NCBI GenBank assembly: GCA_964016885.1
Contig: OZ024764.1
Coordinates: forward strand, 3,038,001-3,102,000
Direction of reading: 5' to 3'
Origin: Eledone cirrhosa
Taxonomy: Eukaryota
Length of the DNA: 64,000 nucleotides
Part shown: positions 15,105 through 27,994 of the stretch, piece after piece
Numbering within the stretch: position 1 is the first letter of the stretch
How the letters are laid out: the number at the start of each line of letters is the position of its first letter
Made by a program: the position numbers and the translations under genes
Notes under the pieces: model-generated
Databases searched by the model: none
The model's input: the letters and a program-made list of their open reading frames with translations, nothing else
Told to the model about the DNA's origin: nothing

Positions 15105-16847
15105 GGCCCGCCTGATGATGAGCTGTATCTCATGTGGCCTGCCTGATGATGAGTCCTATCTCATGTGGCCCGCCTGATGATGAGCTGTATCTCATGTGGC
15201 CCACCTGATGATGAGCCATATCTCATGTGGCCTGCCTGATGATGAGCCATATCTCATGTGGCCCACCTAATGATGAGCCATATCTCATGTGGCCCACCTG
15301 ATGATGAGCCATATCTCATGTGGCCCACCTGATGATGAGCCATATCTCATGTGGCCCACCTAATGATGAGCCATATCTCATGTGGCCCACCTGATGATGA
15401 GCCATATCTCATGTGGCCCACCTGATGATGAGCCATATCTCATGTGGCCCACCTGATGATGAGCCATATCTCATGTGGCCTTCCTGATGATGAGCTGTAT
15501 CTCATGTGGCCCACCTGATGATGAGCTGTATCTCATGTGACCCACCTGATGATGGGCCATATCTCATGTGGCCCACCTGATGATGAGCTGTATCTCATGT
15601 GGCCCACCTGATGATGAGCTGTATCTCATGTGGCCCACCTGATGATGAGCCATATCTCATGTGGCCTGCCTGATGATGAGCTGTATCTCATGTGGCCCAC
15701 CTGATGATGAGCCATATCTCATGTGGCCCACCTGATGATGAGCTGTATCTCATGTGGCCCACCTGATGATGAGCCCTATCTCATGTGGCCCACCTGATGA
15801 TGAGCCATATCTCATGTGGTCCACCTGATGATGAGCTGTATCTCATGTGGCCCACCTGATGATGAGCTGTATCTCATGTGGCCCACCTGATGATGAGCCA
15901 TATCTCATGTGGCCCACCTGATGATGAGCCATATCTCATGTGGCCCACCTGATGATGACCCATATCTCATGTGACCCACCTGATGATGAGCCATATCTCA
16001 TGTGGCCCACCTGATGATGAGCTGTATCTCATGTGGCCCACCTGATGATGAGCCATATCTCATGTGGCCTTCCTGATGATGAGCTGTATCTCATGTGGCC
16101 TGCCTGATGATGAGCTGTATCTCATGTGGCCCACCTGATGATGAGCCATATCTCATGTGGCCTGCCTGATGATGAGCCATATCTCATGTGGCCTTCCTGA
16201 TGATGAGCTGTATCTCATGTGACCTGCCTGATGATGAGCTGTATCTCATGTGGCCCACCTGATGATGAGCCATATCTCATGTGGCCTGCCTGATGATGAG
16301 CCATATCTCATGTGGCCTTCCTGATGATGAGCTGTATCTCATGTGGCCTGCCTGATGATGAGCTGTATCTCATGTGGCCCACCTGATGATGAGCCATATC
16401 TCATGTGGCCTGCCTGATGATGAGCCATATCTCATGTGGCCTTCCTGATGATGAGCTGTATCTCATGTGGCCTGCCTGATGATGAGCTGTATCTCATGTG
16501 GCCTGCCTGATGATGAGCTGTATCTCATGTGGCCTGCCTGATGATGAGCTGTATCTCATGTGGCCCACCTGATGATGAGCCATATCTCATGTGGCCCACC
16601 TGATGATGAGCCATATCTCATGTGGCCCACCTGATGATGAGCTGTATCTCATGTGGCCCACCTGATGATGAGCTGTATCTCATGTGACCCACCTGATGAT
16701 GAGCCATATCTCATGTGGCCTTCCTGATGATGAGCTGTATCTCATGTGGCCTGCCTGATGATGAGCCATATCTCATGTGGCCTTCCTGATGATGAGCTGT
16801 AACTCATGTGGCCCACTTGATGATGAGCCATATCTCATGTGGCCCGC
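15105..16847. repeat. 31-bp satellite, about 56 copies
   Basis: Unit ctgatgatgagccatatctcatgtggcccac. Confidence 0.97.
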
Positions 16848-16862
16848 TTCTCGAAAAAGGTT

Positions 16863-17028
16863 GTCAGTGGAAGGCTTATAACCTAGTGGCTAGCTAATAT
16901 AAATCTGTCTACCTTTACCGTGTCAGTGGAAGGCCCATAACCTAGAGGCTAGCTAATATAAATCTGTCTACCTTTATTGTGTCAGTGGAAGGCCCATAAC
17001 CTAGAGGCTAGCTAATATAAATCTGTTT
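16863..17028. repeat. 3 x ~59-bp tandem repeat
   Basis: gtcagtggaaggcccataacctagaggctagctaatataaatctgt. Confidence 0.9.
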
Positions 17029-17066
17029 ATGTTACTAATGCAACTACTATTATTATTGATTTAAAG

Positions 17067-17198
17067 GATACAAATGACAGATACCTGCGAGAAATCTTCA
17101 TGACCCTGCCACTGAAGAGGGACTATCCGGACTACTATCGGGTGATTATGGAACCCATTGATATGAACACCATTGAGATAAAAATCAAGACAGATAAG
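17067..17198 (+). CDS. PBRM1: Polybromo-1 exon, bromodomain ZA loop: DTNDRYLREIFMTLPLKRDYPDYYRVIMEPIDMNTIEIKIKTDK
   Basis: Canonical F..LP...YPDYY..I..PIDM motif; aaag/gtaagg. Confidence 0.95.
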
Positions 17199-17317
17199 GT
17201 AAGGGTCTGATTTTTGGGGGCTGGGAGGGCCTCCCCCCATCCGTGTCATTAAAATCTCCTATGGGATGAAACCTGGTATGAGGCCCACTGAACTTGCAGA
17301 GGTGTGAGCTGTAACAA

Positions 17318-17680
17318 TAATTGTTTCTACTATTGGCACAAGGCCAGCTATTACCCCAGTACATTACCGGTACTTTATTTTATCGACTCCGTAAGGATGA
17401 AAGGCAAAGTTAACCTCGGAGGGATTTGAACTCAGAATGGTAAGGGCCGTAACTCTATGCTGCAAAGCATGGTGTCCGACCCTCTACCGATATTGCCAAA
17501 CCTACTTTTGGCACAAGGCCAGCTATTACCCCAGTACATTACTGGTACTTTATGTTATCGGCCCCGTAAGGATGAAGGGCAAAGTTAACCTCGGCGGGAT
17601 TTGAACTCAGAATGGTAAGGGCCGTAACTCTATGCATCAAAGCATGGTGTCCGACCCTCTACCGATACTGCCAATCCACA
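17318..17680 (-). mobile_element. Tandem pair of SINE family B
   Basis: Reverse complement of the 26628-27015 unit, present twice. Confidence 0.75.
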
Positions 17681-17928
17681 CAATAATGTGTGTGTTATCA
17701 TTGTTTAATGCTAACATGGGTTAGACGAGTTGTCCCATCGCCAGACAAATCAGATCAGGTAACCATGTCCTGCCCTTATACAACTGATTCTGGCTTGGTT
17801 TTCTACGGCTGGATGCCCTTCCTAAAGTCGACATTTACAGCGTGGTCTCAGCACTTTTTGTTGTCATGTGTGTGTCTGTGTGTCATCATCATCGTTTAAC
17901 GTCCATCTTACACACACACATATATAAA

Positions 17929-17959
<31 letters not shown>

Positions 17960-18038
17960 GGAGGAGGTGAGTAATATTGTAGACTGAACACTTTCTTGTT
18001 CACAAGTGATTTTTAGGCCTCATATCATGTTATTACCT

Positions 18039-18108
18039 TATTTTATCTGATGAGAACACAATTTTTGTCCCAGGATGTTGTTGTTTTCGAAATGCGCATA
18101 ATAAAATA
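18039..18108 (+). ncRNA. Minimal type-I hammerhead ribozyme
   Basis: UAUUUUAU-CUGAUGA-GAACACAA...UUGUUUUC-GAAAU-GCGC-AUA-AUAAAAUA. Confidence 0.78.
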
Positions 18109-18787
18109 TATGGAACTTTTTTAACCATCTTTTAATTTCTTCTTTATATATATATATATATAGTTAAAAGAATAGAGGTGTAACACACAAGTTATTATAT
18201 ATTGGTAAACGGAATAGAAAATGCTGACAAATTGTTCACAGTTGAAAAATGGTTTAATTAGGAATAAAAGAGTATTAGTGATTGTATGGGTTAGTATTCA
18301 GTTGTGGTTTTAAGTTTTTACCAGTTGCACATTTCTAAATGCTTTTCAAAAATAATTTTGAGATAGAGTGTCCGTGTTGTTTGCTCTGATCTGATTAGTT
18401 TGGGGAATTCTACCTGTTTTTATGTTAAAAAAGTGGCTCCAATTTGCAAAAATTCTTGTGGTCAAAACAATTTTGATTGGTCGGTAGAGGTCATGTGAAT
18501 GTAAAAAATTGGTTTTGCGCCAAGATTGAGAAATGACTCTTTCACAACAAATATATGTGTGTGTGTGTGTGTGTGTGTGTAGTAGTAGTAGTAGTAGTAA
18601 GGTGTTCGATGTTGTGATAATGGTTAAAATTAGTTTTGAAAAGCATTTAGAAATGCGCAACCAGTAAAAACTTAAAAAGTTAAAACCACAACTGAATACT
18701 AACCCATACAATCACTAATACTCTTTTATTCCTAATTAAACCATTTTTCAACTGTGAACAATTTGTCAGCATTTTCTATTCCGTTTA

Positions 18788-18833
<46 letters not shown>

Positions 18834-19438
18834 AATAAGGACGCTGCGGAGTTGCAAATGGGTTACATATGAAAAAAGTTTGTCCTTCATCGGTGGTCTT
18901 CCAACCATCATAGGCATTTCATCGCTTTAAAGACCATATACCTCCGGTTGGTGCGAGCAACGGCTAAAAAAAGTCGTTGGGACACGTAAGAAGAAATTAA
19001 AAGATGGTTAAAAAAGTTCCATATATTTTATTATGCGCATTATATATATACACACACACATACACATATAAATATATATACACACACACACATATATATA
19101 TATATATAGTAATAATAAATGTGAAGACTAAAATCCGAAGAGGGCTCGATAAGGATTATATATATATATATATGTGTGTGTTTCAGAAGATCCCATAAAA
19201 GGGTGAAAGCAGTGATTCTTTTCTTAAACTTTAATCTGTACTTATAATATATATATATATATATTTATATTTAAAAGAGTTACAGTCTGTTGCAGCATAT
19301 GTACACTCTGCACACTTCAGCCATAACACTGGAATACAACCCAAACGAAACAGGCCTTGTAACAGTATCAAGTGTTTTGAACATCGCGCCACCTGTAACT
19401 GCTGTTACACACTTAACTAACACACAGATGTACACACA

Positions 19439-19800
19439 CAGTTGTCCCCTGGTACTTGCAGGGGTTATGTTCCTAGAGCACCTGCGAAGAGTGAAAAACC
19501 ACTAATATTGGACGTGGTCCATAAAAATGCCTATAAACATCAAAATATAACATAAAATATAATAAAAGAAGAGGGAGAGTCTTATACGAAGGGGCGTCCA
19601 ATAGGCGAGCAAATATGGTATATTGTTGTTGATAATTTAGTGTTAAAAAGCGTGAAAAAATATATATTGCCATGAAAAATAATTGCAGAAGATATTTACA
19701 ACTCCATAAATATTTGGTGGTTTCCACGAACAATTATTAGTTAAGTTCCAAGGAAAATTCCGTAAATAACTGGGACTTCGAATGCTGGGGGGGTACATTG
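19439..19800. mobile_element. Tigger/pogo-like MITE
   Basis: Starts cagttgtcccctggtacttgcaggggttatgttcc; degenerate inverted end gggggtacattg-TA. Confidence 0.5.
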
Positions 19801-19949
19801 TATATGTGTGTGGGTGGGTGTAACACCTGGGGAAAATCTTACGAGATACAACCTGATAGGAGGCCAGCTATTCTCCTCTACCCTTCACCCTTCACCAATC
19901 CATTCTCTGTTACTCATTCTCTTACTCTCTCTCTCTCTCCCGTCACCAG

Positions 19950-20128
19950 TACATCAGCGAACTGAAGTTAATTGCAGACTTTGAGTTGATGTTCAATAAT
20001 GCGCGACACTACAACGAGGAGGACTCTCAGGTGTACCATGACGCTGACACACTTGAGCGGGTTCTCAAGAACAAATGGAAGTCCCTGTTAGCTCACCAGG
20101 ACACTATGAAAAAAGCTACTGGTAAAAG
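19950..20128 (+). CDS. PBRM1: Polybromo-1 exon: YISELKLIADFELMFNNARHYNEEDSQVYHDADTLERVL...
   Basis: DF.LMF.NA..YN..S.VY.DA bromodomain motif; ccag/gtatgg; ends in phase 2. Confidence 0.95.
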
Positions 20129-20203
20129 GTATGGTTAAAATATATATATATATATATTAGAATTGGTGCTATGAAATAGCGATATATATATGAATGTATA
20201 TAT

Positions 20204-20542
20204 GGAGGCACATGGCTTAGTGGTTAGAGCAGTGGCCTTGCAATCGAAAGGTTGTGAGTTCAATTCTCAGACCAGGTGATGTGTTGGTTCCTTGAGCAAG
20301 ACACTTTATTTCACATTGCTCCAGTTTACTCAGCTGTAGAAATGAGATGATAGGGACTGAGGTCCCTATCAATCCACTACAAAGTGGTCGTGGAGGTGCC
20401 ACGGCAAAAAAGCACCCAGCACTCACTGTAAATGAGGTTGGTGTTAGGAAGGGCATCCAGCTGTAGAAATCAAGCCAGGATCAGTTCCCGTCCCACCCTT
20501 GCAAGCAGGGAAAAGTGGACGTATGATGATGATGATGATGAT
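20204..20542 (+). mobile_element. SINE family A
   Basis: Full-length, near-identical copy inserted in (TA)n. Confidence 0.85.
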
Positions 20543-20809
20543 ATGCATGTATATATAGTGTATTTTGCAATACACTGTATGCTTAATTAAAAGCATTTCG
20601 AAGACCTTACGCTATTGTTTTAGAGTAGTGACAGTCTCACTTACTTTAATTTTCAGCAAACAGGGGAGATAAAGCTGACAGAGCTCTGTTTCGCACTTTT
20701 TGGTGCTTATCAAAGCTAAGTACTCCACCTGTTTGATTCTTATAGAATTCTAGTAATAATCAGATTATTACTAATAATTCATGATTTTCAGCAAACAGGC
20801 GGAGTACTT

Positions 20810-20854
20810 AGCTTTGATAAGCACCCAAAAGTGCGAAACAGAGCTCTGTCAGCT
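20810..20854 (+). ncRNA. Type-I hammerhead ribozyme, U3:A8 variant (mirror copy on - strand at 20673-20717)
   Basis: AGCU-UUGAUAA-GCAC.CCAAAA.GUGC-GAAAC-AGAGCUCU-GUC-AGCU. Confidence 0.75.
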
Positions 20855-20981
20855 TTATCTCCCCCTGTTTGCTGAAAATTAAAGTAAGTGAGACTGTCAC
20901 TACTTTAAAACAATAGCGTAAGGTCTTCGAAATGCTTTTAATTAAGCATACAGTGTATTGCAAAATACACTATATATACAG

Positions 20982-21039
<58 letters not shown>

Positions 21040-21871
21040 TGACACCTCACAGTAAGAGTTTAATTCGTTCCATGACCGAGTTTGTTTTACGTTTTACTCC
21101 TTTTACAAATCAATTGTCCCTATTGAAATTAATTAAAATAAACAGTATTTCCCAGCCTTGAAGAAGCTACTTTTTTCCTAAAATAAGCCTAAAAAATCTA
21201 CCATGCGTCCTGGAGGCCAAAGGTTGTTTATTATTTTTTTTCAAATTTTTGGTTGTCAAAATTAGGGTGAGTCCTCAAGGATGAAGGGTCTTCGGTGCCG
21301 GCAAATCATCATCATTTTACGTCCGCTTTTCCCCGCTTGCCAGGGTGGGACAGGTCCTTTTCAGCATCTTTCTATTTGTCACGGTCCTTCATTATTTCCT
21401 CCGTGAACTTTTCAACAATCTGAGGTCTGCTCTCACCACCTCCGCCCATGTTTTTCGTGGTCTTCCTCTACTGGGATTTCTTGGCACTTCTTTACCCAGC
21501 GGTCATCCTCCATGTGCATCACATGTCCGTACCAATGTGGTAAATAATCCATTCCAGTCCCCCAAACCCCCCAAAATTTCATTTTTTATGGGTTTTAAAC
21601 CAGAAAAGGTTCAGTTACAAGGAAAATAACAATTATAAAAACATAATAAAAGAGAATGTAAAAGAAATATGTAAACTTAATAAAATTAATTGTATGAAAC
21701 TGGTACTGCAGATTTCCACTTGTACTACAAGATAAAACATTCACACAAGCCTTGGTTTGTACAGCTAATTACTGGTACTATGGGGCATAATTTTATGTAA
21801 GAACCTTTGTTAAGTTATGTTCCAAATGTGGTAATGAAATGGTAACAAAAGGGTTAATGTTTTTGTTTCAG

Positions 21872-22001
21872 CAAATCGCGTTCAAAGTGTGTATCCCCTC
21901 TGTGTATGAAGCTACAGGACTTGTTTGATACCATCAAGGATCATGCTGACTCCCGGGGAAGGATGCTGTCTGCTCCTTTCCTCAAGTTACCCCTAAAAAC
22001 T
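21872..22001 (+). CDS. PBRM1: Polybromo-1 exon: KSRSKCVSPLCMKLQDLFDTIKDHADSRGRMLSAPFLKLPLKT
   Basis: tttcag/gtgagt; phase 2-0 matches neighbours; GR.LS..F.KLP motif. Confidence 0.93.
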
Positions 22002-22023
22002 GTGAGTATTATTATTATTATTA

Positions 22024-24453
22024 TTTCTGTTCAAACCGGCCATAACCGACTGCTGATACTGATGTTAACATTTTGTTCTCAAAATAAATAACATCAAACT
22101 CACATAGATTTGATATTATGTGAGGTAAAGCCTTTACTGTGAAAATACAATAGTATATATAGAGTAATGTAAATGTTATGTGAGGTATTATGTGAGGTAA
22201 AGCCTTTAGTGTGAAAATACAATAGTATATATAGAGTAATGTAAATGTTATGTGAGATATTATGTGAGGTAAAGCCTTTACTGTGAAAATACAATAGTAT
22301 ATATAGAGTAATGTAAATGTTATGTGAGGTATTATGTGAGGTAAAGCCTTTAGTGTGAAAATACAATAGTATATATAGAGTAATGTAAATGTTATGTGAG
22401 ATATTATGTGAGGTAAAGCCTTTACTGTGAAAATACAATAGTATATATAGAGTAATGTAAATGTTATGTGAGATATTATGTGAGGTAAAGCCTTTACTGT
22501 GAAAATACAATAGTATATATAGAGTAATGTAAATGTTATGTGAGATATTATGTGAGGTAAAGCCTTTACTGTGAAAATACAATAGTATATATAGAGTAAT
22601 GTAAATGTTATGTGAGATATTATGTGAGGTAAAGCCTTTACTGTGAAAATACAATAGTATATATAGAGTAATGTAAATGTTATGTGAGATATTATGTGAG
22701 GTAAAGCCTTTACTGTGAAAATACAATAGTATATATAGAGTAATGTAAATGTTATGTGAGGTATTATGTGAGGTAAAGCCTTTAGTGTGAAAATACAATA
22801 GTATATATAGAGTAATGTAAATGTTATGTGAGGTATTATGTGAGGTAAAGCCTTTAGTGTGAAAATACAATAGTATATATAGAGTAATGTAAATGTTATG
22901 TGAGATATTATGTGAGGTAAAGCCTTTACTGTGAAAATACAATAGTATATATAGAGTAATGTAAATGTTATGTGAGATATTATGTGAGGTAAAGCCTTTA
23001 CTGTGAAAATACAATAGTATATATAGAGTAATGTAAATGTTATGTGAGATATTATGTGAGGTAAAGCCTTTACTGTGAAAATACAATAGTATATATAGAG
23101 TAATGTAAATGTTATGTGAGATATTATGTGAGGTAAAGCCTTTACTGTGAAAATACAATAGTATATATAGAGTAATGTAAATGTTATGTGAGATATTATG
23201 TGAGGTAAAGCCTTTACTGTGAAAATACAATAGTATATATAGAGTAATGTAAATGTTATGTGAGATATTATGTGAGGTAAAGCCTTTACTGTGAAAATAC
23301 AATAGTATATATAGAGTAATGTAGATGTTATGTGAGATATTATGTGAGGTAAAGCCTTTACTGTGAAAATACAATAGTATATATAGAGTAATGTAAATGT
23401 TATGTGAGATATTATGTGAGGTAAAGCCTTTACTGTGAAAATACAATAGTATATATAGAGTAATGTAAATGTTATGTGAGATATTATGTGAGGTAAAGCC
23501 TTTACTGTGAAAATACAATAGTATATATAGAGTAATGTAAATGTTATGTGAGATATTATATGAGGTAAAGCCTTTACTGTGAAAATATAATAGTATATAT
23601 AGAGTAATGTAAATGTTATGTGAGATATTATGTGAGGTAAAGCCTTTACTGTGACAATACAATAGTATATATAGAGTAATGTAGATGTTATGTGAGATAT
23701 TATGAGGTAAAGCCTTTACTATGAAAATACAATAGTATATATAGAGTAATGTAAATGTTATGTGAGATATTATGTGAGGTAAAGCCTTTATTGTGAAAAT
23801 ACAATAGTATATATAGAGTAATGTAAATGTTATGTGAGATATTATGTGAGGTAAAGCCTTTACTTTGAAAATACAATAGTATATATAGAGTAACGTAAAT
23901 GTTATGTGAGATATTATGTGAGGTAAAGCTTTTACTGTGAAAATACAATAGTATATATAGAGTAATGTAAATGTTATGTGAGATATTATGTGAGGTAAAG
24001 CCTTTACTGTGAAAATACAATAGTATATATAGAGTAATGTAAATGTTATGTGAGGTAAAGCCTTTACTGTGAAAATACAATAGTATATATAGAGTAATGT
24101 AAATGTTATGTGAGGTAAAGCCTTTACTGTGAAAATACAATAGTATATATAGAGTAATGTAAATGTTATGTGAGATATTATGTGAGGTAAAGCCTTTACT
24201 GTGACAATACAATAGTATATATAGAGTAATGTAAATGTTATGTGAGGTAAAGCCGTTACTGTGAAAATACAATAGGATATATAGAGTAATGTAAATGTTA
24301 TGTGAGATATTATGTGAGGTAAAGCCTTTACTGTGACAATACAATAGTATATATAGAGTAATGTAAATGTTATGTGAGATATTATGTGAGGTAAAGCCTT
24401 TACTGTGAAAATACAAAAGTATATATAGAGTAATGTAAATGCTAAAGGTTTAA
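22024..24453 (-). mobile_element. TTAA MITE with more than 30 x 72/60-bp units, filling almost the whole intron
   Basis: Same unit; ends taaatgctaaaggt-TTAA; explains ORF 22100-24457. Confidence 0.8.
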
Positions 24454-24559
24454 TCAAGCTCCAAATTATTTGAAAATGATAGGAGACTGTGTTTGATTAG
24501 AAATATGATAAATTTTGAAATGATACTAATGTAATGCCCCCTTTTTTTCCCTCCCCCAG

Positions 24560-24727
24560 GAATATCCTGACTACTATGAGGTTATTAAGAGACCAATTGA
24601 TATGCAACGTATCCAACAACGGGTTGCATCAAACCAGTACGAGTCTGTGGATGACATGGTTGCTGATTTTGTTCAGATGTTTGACAACGCCTGCAAATAT
24701 AACGAGCCAGATTCATTAATATACAAA
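24560..24727 (+). CDS. PBRM1: Polybromo-1 exon: EYPDYYEVIKRPIDMQRI...FDNACKYNEPDSLIYK
   Basis: Bromodomain core typical of PBRM1 BD5; cccag/gtgagt. Confidence 0.96.
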
Positions 24728-24734
24728 GTGAGTA

Positions 24735-25500
24735 CATTGGTGTTGGTGGTACTGGTGGGTTTAGTGGTGGTGGTGGTGGGGTTAGTGTTGTTATTGGTGG
24801 TGTTGGTGGTACTGGTGGGGTTAGTGTTGTTATTGGTGGTGGTGGTGGTGGGGTTAGTGTTGTTATTGGTGGTGGTGGTGGTGGGGTTAGTGTTGTTATT
24901 GGTGGTGTTGGTGGTACTGGTGGGGTTAGTGTTGTTATTGGTGGTGCTGGTGGTACTGGTGGGGTTAGTGTTGTTATTGGTGGTGGGGGGTGTGGGGGGG
25001 GGGGGGGTAGTGTTGTTGGTGGTACTGGTGGAGTTAGTGTTGTTATTGGTGGTGGTGGGGTTAGTGGTGTTGGTGGTACTGGTGGGGTTAGTGTTGGTGG
25101 TGGTGGTGGGTTTAGTGTTGTTGGTGGTACTGGTGGAGTTAGTGTTGTTATTGGTGGTGGTGGTGGGGTTAGTGTTGTTGGTGTTCCTGGTGGGGTTAGT
25201 GTTGTTGGTGGTGGTGGTGTTGGTGGTACTGGTGGGGTTAGTGTTGTTGGTGGTGGTACTGGTGGAGTTAGTGTTGTTGTTATTGGTGGTGGTGGTGGGG
25301 TTAGTGTTGTTGGTGGTACTGGTGATGTTGTTAGTGTTGTTAGTGGTGTTGGTGTGGTATGGTTAGTGTTATCATTAGTGGTGGTGTGGTATGGTTAGTG
25401 TTATCATTAGTGGTGGTGTGGTATGGTTAGTGTTATCATTAGTGGTGGTGTGGTATGGTTAGTGTTATCATTAGTGGTGGTGTGGTGATGTTGTTAGTGT
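24735..25500. repeat. (GGT/GTT)n low-complexity intronic repeat
   Basis: Direct reading. A similar tract lies at 27165-27960. Confidence 0.95.
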
Positions 25501-25651
25501 TGATCAAGAGGATAATTCATTTTGTTTGTTTTTATGTTATTTTTACTCTTGTTTTTGTACAATTTGTTTTCACCCCCTTTTTGTCTGTTAATTTTAATAA
25601 ATCCCTTTTTTTCTTATTTACTCTTTCCCCCCTCCTCCGCTGCGGTCCCAG

Positions 25652-25789
25652 GATGCATTGACATTGCAGAGAGTCTGTCTGGAGAAGAAGCTGGAGTTAA
25701 GCCTGGACGGCATCAACGAGGTACCAGATGTCCAGGCCATTGTTCAGGAACTGATGACTAACCTTTTCATCTCTGTCTACAACTACCAG
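25652..25789 (+). CDS. PBRM1: Polybromo-1 exon: DALTLQRVCLEKKLEL...VQELMTNLFISVYNYQ
   Basis: PBRM1-type VP.V...QEL..NLF.SV motif; cccag/gtcagt. Confidence 0.95.
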
Positions 25790-25929
25790 GTCAGTTGGGC
25801 TCCGCTTCACTTCAAATTATTTTCCTGTCACCTCACCCCCCACTCCACCCCACCCTTCCCCCCTCATTTACTCTCGCACTTTATTGGTCTCTTTTCCTCC
25901 ACATCTCTCTTTCACAATATATATATTTA

Positions 25930-25978
<49 letters not shown>

Positions 25979-26027
25979 ATATATATATGTATATATATAC
26001 ACACACACACATATATATTACATATGT

Positions 26028-26545
26028 TTTCCATGGTCTACCTCTACTGTGTCTTCCTTCCACTGGGATTTTTTGGCACTTCTTTACCCAGCGGTCATCC
26101 TCCATGCACATCACCTGTCCATACCATTGCACTCTTCTCTCCCACACACAACTTATCCCTCTTATACAGTTTCTCTCTCAAGTTTCACTACTATGCAGCA
26201 TCGCGCCCCTCACACAGGCATCATATAAGCAGCCTTTCATACGCAGGTAGAAAAACTCTTCTTTATCAACAGAGGAAGCAGCAGCTCCCTAAACTTCTTC
26301 CAACCCGTCCTTATTCTAGATACTATGACCTCGAAGCACCCTCCTCCCTTGCTAATCTGATCACCTAGGTACCGGAAGCTATCAACCACTTCTATAGATC
26401 CTACCTGCATTGGAAAAATATGTCCATCACTGACACTTCTACTGTCAAATTCCCCTGTACATCTACTGTATATGAAGTTTTCCCTACCTGTTAGTTTGTC
26501 TGCTATCCCGCTACATCTCTTGTGTACCCAGGATCTGACAATGCA
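26028..26545 (-). mobile_element. Decayed RTE-clade LINE ORF fragment
   Basis: IEVVDSFRYLGD...RIRTGWKKFRELL and RR..WYG.VM.MEDDRWVKK...GRP.KT. Confidence 0.85.
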
Positions 26546-26627
26546 GCAATACAATGAAGATATATATTAGTTTAACACAGTAGGGAAAGAGTCTTGATGT
26601 TTCTGATGTTAGTCCTTCATTATTAAA

Positions 26628-27015
26628 TTGTTGGATTGGCAGTATCGGTAGAGGGTCGGACGCCATGCTTTCCAGCATAGCTACGTCCGTCCCTTTACAA
26701 TCTGAGTTCAAATCCCGCCGAGGTTGACTTTGCCTGTCATCCTTACGGGGTCGATAAAATAAAGTACCAGTAATGCACTGGGTAATTGCTGGCCTTGTGC
26801 CTAAAGTAGAAACAATTATTTTCAGAGGGCGGTGGATTGGCAGTATCGGTAGAGGGTCGGACATGCTTTCCAGCACAGTTACGTCCCTTTACGATCTGAG
26901 TTCAAATCCCGCCGAGGTTGACTTTGCCTTTCATCCTTACGAGGTCGATAAAATAAAGTACCAGTAATACACTGGGGTAATTGCTGGCCATGTGCGAAAA
27001 GTAGAAACAATTATT
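26628..27015 (+). mobile_element. Tandem pair of SINE family B (Nin-domain-like)
   Basis: gagttcaaatcccgccgaggttgactttgcctttcatcc...gtcgataaaataaagtaccag twice. Other copies at 17318-17680 (-), 11340-11450, 31480-31650, 48755-48900 and 59540-59730 (-). Confidence 0.75.
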
Positions 27016-27072
27016 AAATTGTTGTTTGGAACATAACTTAACAAAGGTTCTTATTTCTATTGGTTGCTTTAG

Positions 27073-27161
27073 GATGAGGAAGGTCGTTGCTATAGCGATT
27101 CTTTTGCTGAACTTCCAGAACGAGATCCAGACGAGGAACTGGAAAGTGGGGAACAAAAAGA
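27073..27161 (+). CDS. PBRM1: Polybromo-1 exon: DEEGRCYSDSFAELPERDPDEELESGEQK
   Basis: D.EGRCYSDS is characteristic of PBRM1 BD6; tttag/gtaagt; ends in phase 2. Confidence 0.95.
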
Positions 27162-27994
27162 GTAAGTGTTGTTGTTGTTGTTGTGGTTAGTTGTGGTGGT
27201 GGTAGTGGCTTTTGAGGTGGTGATGGTGGTAGTGGTTTTTGTTTTTGAGGTGGTGGTGGTGGGTGTTGCCGGTGGTAGTGGTTGTAGTGTTGTTGTTGTT
27301 GTTGGTGGTGGTGGTGGCGGCGGCTTTTGAGCTAGTGGTTTGTGTGGTAGTAGTGGTTGTGTTGGTGATGGTGGTGGTAGTGGTTGTAGTGTTGTTGTTG
27401 TTGTTGTTGTTGATGGTGGTGGTGGCGGCGGCTTTTGAGCTAGTGGTTTGTGTGGTAGTAGTGGTTGTGTTGGTGATGGTGGTGGTAGTGGTTGTAGTGT
27501 TGTTGTTGTTGGTGGTGGTGGTGGTGGCGGCGGCTTTTGAGCTAGTGGTTTGTGTGGTAGTAGTGGTTGTGTTGGTGGTGGTAGTGGTTGTAGTGTTGTT
27601 GTTGATGGTGGTGATGGTGGTGGCGGTGGCTTTTGAGCTAGTGGTTTGTGTGGTAGTAGTGGTTGTGTTGGTGATGGTGGGGGTAGTGGTTGTAGTGTTG
27701 TTGTTGATGGTGGTGATGGTGGTGGCGGTGGCTTTTGAGCTAGTGGTTTGTGTGGTAGTAGTGGTTGTAGTGTTGTTGGTGATGGTGGTGGTAGTGGTTG
27801 TAGTGTTGTTGTTGATGGTGGTGATGGTGGTGGCGGTGGCTTTTGAGCTAGTGGTTTGTGTGGTAGTCGTGGTTGTAGTGTTGTTGTTGATGGTGGTGGT
27901 AGTGTTGTTGTTGTTGATGGTGGTGGTGGTGGTGGTGATGTTTGTAATGTTTGTGGTGGTGGCTAATTTAACATTCTATCAATTCAATTTACAG

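Noticed and set aside
15105-16847. CRISPR array or C/D-box snoRNA cluster
   Set aside because: No unique spacers and a eukaryotic context. ATGATGA/CTGA overlap within a 31-bp unit, too short for snoRNAs.
22100-24457. 785-aa ORF and similar FHSKGFTSHNISHNIYITLY ORFs
   Set aside because: Translation of the stop-free 72-bp satellite unit within a MITE; not a gene.
24728-25366. Val/Leu-rich extension of a bromodomain ORF (also 27239-28012)
   Set aside because: Read-through into GGT/GTT intronic repeats past clear gtgagt/gtaagt donors.
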